A DNA stretch of 63,980 nt, filler included, from Piptocephalis cylindrospora (Eukaryota): the NCBI GenBank assembly GCA_003614145.1. It is 3 parts of 3 records of this genome, joined end to end, with 100 filler letters (N's around TTAATTAATTAA, not from the genome) between each part and the next. Parts side by side here need not be neighbours in the genome. Positions count along the whole stretch, not along the records: positions 47,925 to 63,980 come from KZ987875.1; 2 more parts are not named here. One strand, 5' to 3'. The notes under the pieces are model-generated. The model was not told the DNA's origin. It worked only from the letters and a program-made list of their open reading frames with translations, and ran no database searches. Made by a program: the position numbers and the translations under genes. Positions 60,936 to 63,980 of the stretch are shown here, piece after piece; position 1 is the first letter of the stretch, and the number at the start of each line of letters is the position of its first letter.

Positions 60936-63065
60936 TCAATGTCCAACAGCGTCGAGTTGACGCATAACATCGTACCCATCCTGCCAACCTCGAAGTTGCC
61001 GATGCTGCTCATCAACGGCCATGCGAGCTCGCCGTTGAGCCCGAACCCGGCCATGGTAAGTACGCTGAAGGTGGACCAAGGTGGTCTCGAGAAGACCATG
61101 GGCCTCCTTGGCCGTCTCGAGCTGAGATCGGACATCTTCCCAGTTGGCCCGGAGATTTTCAGCGGTTTCCCGGCCCTCTTGGACCTGTTGATGGATGCGG
61201 GAAAGGATGCGATCTTCGAGGGCCAGAGCCTCCTCCAGACCCTCCCGACGTCTCTCATAGCCCTGGCCCACATTGCCTCGACCCTTCCACCGGCCACAGG
61301 CCTTGATGGCAGCGGCCAACTTGACCCGGAGGACGGCGGTACGCTCTTCCACCTCGGTCTCCTCCATGGCCAGGGCCTGCAGGGTCTGTTCCTGAGTACG
61401 TAGAGCCTTTCGTAAGGCCTTGGCCTCGTCGTCGTACTCGTCAATGTCAAAGAGAAGTCCTTCGCCGTGTATCTCCAACTGATTCATCTCTTCTCCGATT
61501 TGTCGGATGACCCGATCCTCAACCATTTGATCGGACGGTCCCTCCTCCTCATCATACTCCTCGATCCCCTCCACCTCCTCCTCGTGATCCTCCTCGTGGT
61601 CTGAGGAAGACATCATCATGCGAGCAAACTCATCATCGGGAATACAGGCCCATCTGGCTCCGTCGACCGAGTCCTCCGGGGCAGCCGAGTGCATCTCAAA
61701 GAGACTCTTGGCCCGGAAGAATTGCTCCACTTGATCGGGATCCTGGGAGTTGGCCTGATTCTCCACATCCAGATCCAGAAAGGAGAGGGAACTGCCTTGG
61801 AAAGAGGCGTATTCATCCTCCTCACCCTCCTCTTCTCCTAGATGAACCATATCCTCCTCCACATGATCCCTCTTGCTCCGTTCTCGTACCCAATGATGGT
61901 CCTCCTCTTCCTCTCCAATCTGGGCCATATCCTCATCAGCATCATCCTCCTTACCCCGTCCCCGTACCCATTGACGGTCCTCTTCGCTGGTGATGAGAGA
62001 GGTGGATCCGGAGGAGTAGACGGAGGAGGAGGAGGAAGCAAGGGCGGGAGGAAGGAGGGTCGAGGCAGATGTACTGGTATCTAGATCAAAGGAAGGGACC
62101 TGGAGGGAGTCTCCCTTACCCTGAAGGATGGGGGAGGAGGTGGAGAGGGGCTGGGGCTGAGATCGACTGGTAGAGGCGGAAGGGGGCTGGTGAATGACTA
62201 GATCGGACTCTAGGGCGGCAATTTGGGCCCAGAGATCATCCATCTTGGATTCGACGTAATTGACTTCGGCGCCCCCATCCATGTCATCGTCATCCTCCTC
62301 CTCGGCATTGTCCTCTCCATCGGCATAGTCGTAAAAGGAAATGGCGCCTCGATCCTCCTCGGTGGTGGACCCATCATTCCATGATGATGCATCCCGGTAG
62401 GGATGGACGGGCGGGGTAAAGGAGGTGTCGATGCCCTGATGATCGGATAGGTCAATATCGGGGATCTTGGGGAGCTGATGGGAGGCCACGTCATGCAGTT
62501 GACCCTGGAGGGCCAGGACTTGTTGTTCCATCTGGAGCAGCTGATCACGTAGATGGGCATTATCCTGGGTCACCTGAGCAAGTTGAGACCGTAAGGTGGA
62601 GCACTCTTTGACCAGGGGATCGGGGATGGGGTCGGTTCCCGTGGTGGTGGTGAGAAGTGGGGGAGGGGATGCCTGACAGGCCACCTCCCAGGTCAGGACA
62701 TTACGGGCCCGCCGAGGCACGGTGGACCCTTCCCGAAGGGGAAGGTTGGAGGGGAGGGTCAGGGCGCCGGAAACACTTGGAGACCTGGTGAGTCTCGGGG
62801 AGGGCCTGGTCGGGGAGGAAGGAGAGTTAGCAAGGGAGTTGGCAGTGGTGATGGACCGAGCCCGAGGAGGAAAGAGAGCTAGAGACATGGGGCGAGGGGG
62901 ACGGGACAAGGAGGAAGTGGACATGGCGGGTCCCAAGGCGCCGTAAGGAGAGGAATGTGAGGTGGCTAGGGAAGTAGAGGAGAGGGAGGCCTGAGGATTG
63001 CGACGAGGAAGGGTGGAAGCCTTGACCTTTCCCGGTGGAGAGACTGACGGGGGCTTTGCCGTCAT
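60936..63065 (-). CDS. Hypothetical 709-aa protein with coiled-coil and acidic segments
   Basis: Long intronless ORF after a CT-rich leader; heptad-like regions LRSQLAQVTQDNAHLRDQLLQME and a C-terminal helical block. Confidence 0.75.
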   Translation of the reverse strand: MTAKPPSVSPPGKVKASTLPRRNPQASLSSTSLATSHSSPYGALGPAMSTSSLSRPPRPMSLALFPPRARSITTANSLANSPSSPTRPSPRLTRSPSVSGALTLPSNLPLREGSTVPRRARNVLTWEVACQASPPPLLTTTTGTDPIPDPLVKECSTLRSQLAQVTQDNAHLRDQLLQMEQQVLALQGQLHDVASHQLPKIPDIDLSDHQGIDTSFTPPVHPYRDASSWNDGSTTEEDRGAISFYDYADGEDNAEEEDDDDMDGGAEVNYVESKMDDLWAQIAALESDLVIHQPPSASTSRSQPQPLSTSSPILQGKGDSLQVPSFDLDTSTSASTLLPPALASSSSSVYSSGSTSLITSEEDRQWVRGRGKEDDADEDMAQIGEEEEDHHWVRERSKRDHVEEDMVHLGEEEGEEDEYASFQGSSLSFLDLDVENQANSQDPDQVEQFFRAKSLFEMHSAAPEDSVDGARWACIPDDEFARMMMSSSDHEEDHEEEVEGIEEYDEEEGPSDQMVEDRVIRQIGEEMNQLEIHGEGLLFDIDEYDDEAKALRKALRTQEQTLQALAMEETEVEERTAVLRVKLAAAIKACGRWKGRGNVGQGYERRREGLEEALALEDRILSRIHQQVQEGRETAENLRANWEDVRSQLETAKEAHGLLETTLVHLQRTYHGRVRAQRRARMAVDEQHRQLRGWQDGYDVMRQLDAVGH

Positions 63066-63980
63066 AGTGGGAAGGAGAGGGGGAAGGGAGGAGAGTGCAG
63101 CTAATAGTACTTGTGTGGGTGGGTGAGGGGGGTAGCTAGGGATAGGGGTAAAGGAGGAGGAAGGAACTGAAGAGAAGGGAGGGGAAGGAAAAAAAAGAGA
63201 AAGAAAGAAGACAAGAAGGGACGAGAGGACGGATGAGATAGAGGCGAGATGGAGCAGGGCAATAAAAGGGATAGGTTTGGTGACAGAGGCGGAGTTGGCG
63301 GGGTTGACACGGCCAAGGTGGGTAGAGGTACAGTGGCCAATCCTGAGTCAAGATTGCGCCCAGAAGGAGAAAAGATCTTGGACAATGGGCAGGGGAGGAA
63401 GAAGAGGGCACACAGAAAAACACACACATACACAACTCCTTCAGTAGGAGGGAGGAGGTGGTGAGGGCGACCAAGGTCACACAAGTGCTGCTAGTGTGGG
63501 ACGGGCCTGAAAGGGGGGGGGGGAGGACCATGCCGGGCCCTAACCGTCGTAGTATAGAGTAGACCGAGCAGCACTAGGGAGCAAGACAGGCATAGTCGTA
63601 CCCCCCTCCCCTCCCCCCTTGGATGCAAGGCACAGGGATGTCTCCCACGCATCTCTGGGGGTGGAGAAGGAAATAGAAGCGATGAGGGTATGGGGATCTA
63701 AAGGCAGCGACATGTCTTGGACACAGATGGAGGGACGACAGGGATGACGGATGAACGGAAGGGGGGACGGCTGCCTGATTTCTCCACACGACTTGCATTG
63801 CTTTGCATAAGAGGAGGGCCAGTATGAGAAGGTAGAGGTAGGGGCATGCGTCACCTTATCTATCCGAGCTTTGGGATGAAAATAGGCTACAAATGGCATC
63901 AAGGAGGGAGGGAGGAAGGGGGAGTAGTGAAAGCAACTCTGCATGGCTGCACCCGAGGCAAAGTGGGCGAGTCATGGGGG

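Overview
Eukaryotic, fungal-type genomic DNA with short GT-AG introns (mostly 60-130 nt), CT-rich 5' leaders and many microsatellites. Gene content and divergence suggest an early-diverging (zygomycete-grade) fungus; this is inference. Two 100-nt artificial spacers (N44-TTAATTAATTAA-N44) break the window at about 23.9 kb and 47.8 kb. I can support 2 tRNA genes and about 23 protein genes: acetoacetyl-CoA synthetase, CDK11-type kinase, Msg5-like MAPK phosphatase, a CUE-like protein, carnitine acyltransferase, an expansin-like DPBB protein, an IucA/IucC NRPS-independent siderophore (NIS) synthetase, a G-patch protein, COX7 (absent from the ORF track), a Cdc20/Fizzy-family activator, an HbrB/Bit61-like protein, two paralogous cAMP-receptor-like GPCRs, DAHP synthase, a ~1400-aa Ser/Pro-rich protein, a RING-H2 protein and several hypotheticals. 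Best leads: (1) a secreted CAP/PR-1-like ORF that splices in frame onto a non-conjugatable ubiquitin-like domain; (2) the NIS synthetase flanked by four perfect ATCWGATAA iron-GATA elements, two of which precede an unseen gene lost in the gap; (3) an inverted second copy of the expansin-like gene entering the gap, behind a GATA/CCAAT minisatellite; (4) an in-frame TAG inside the phosphatase domain. All family calls come from motif recognition by eye, not database searches.
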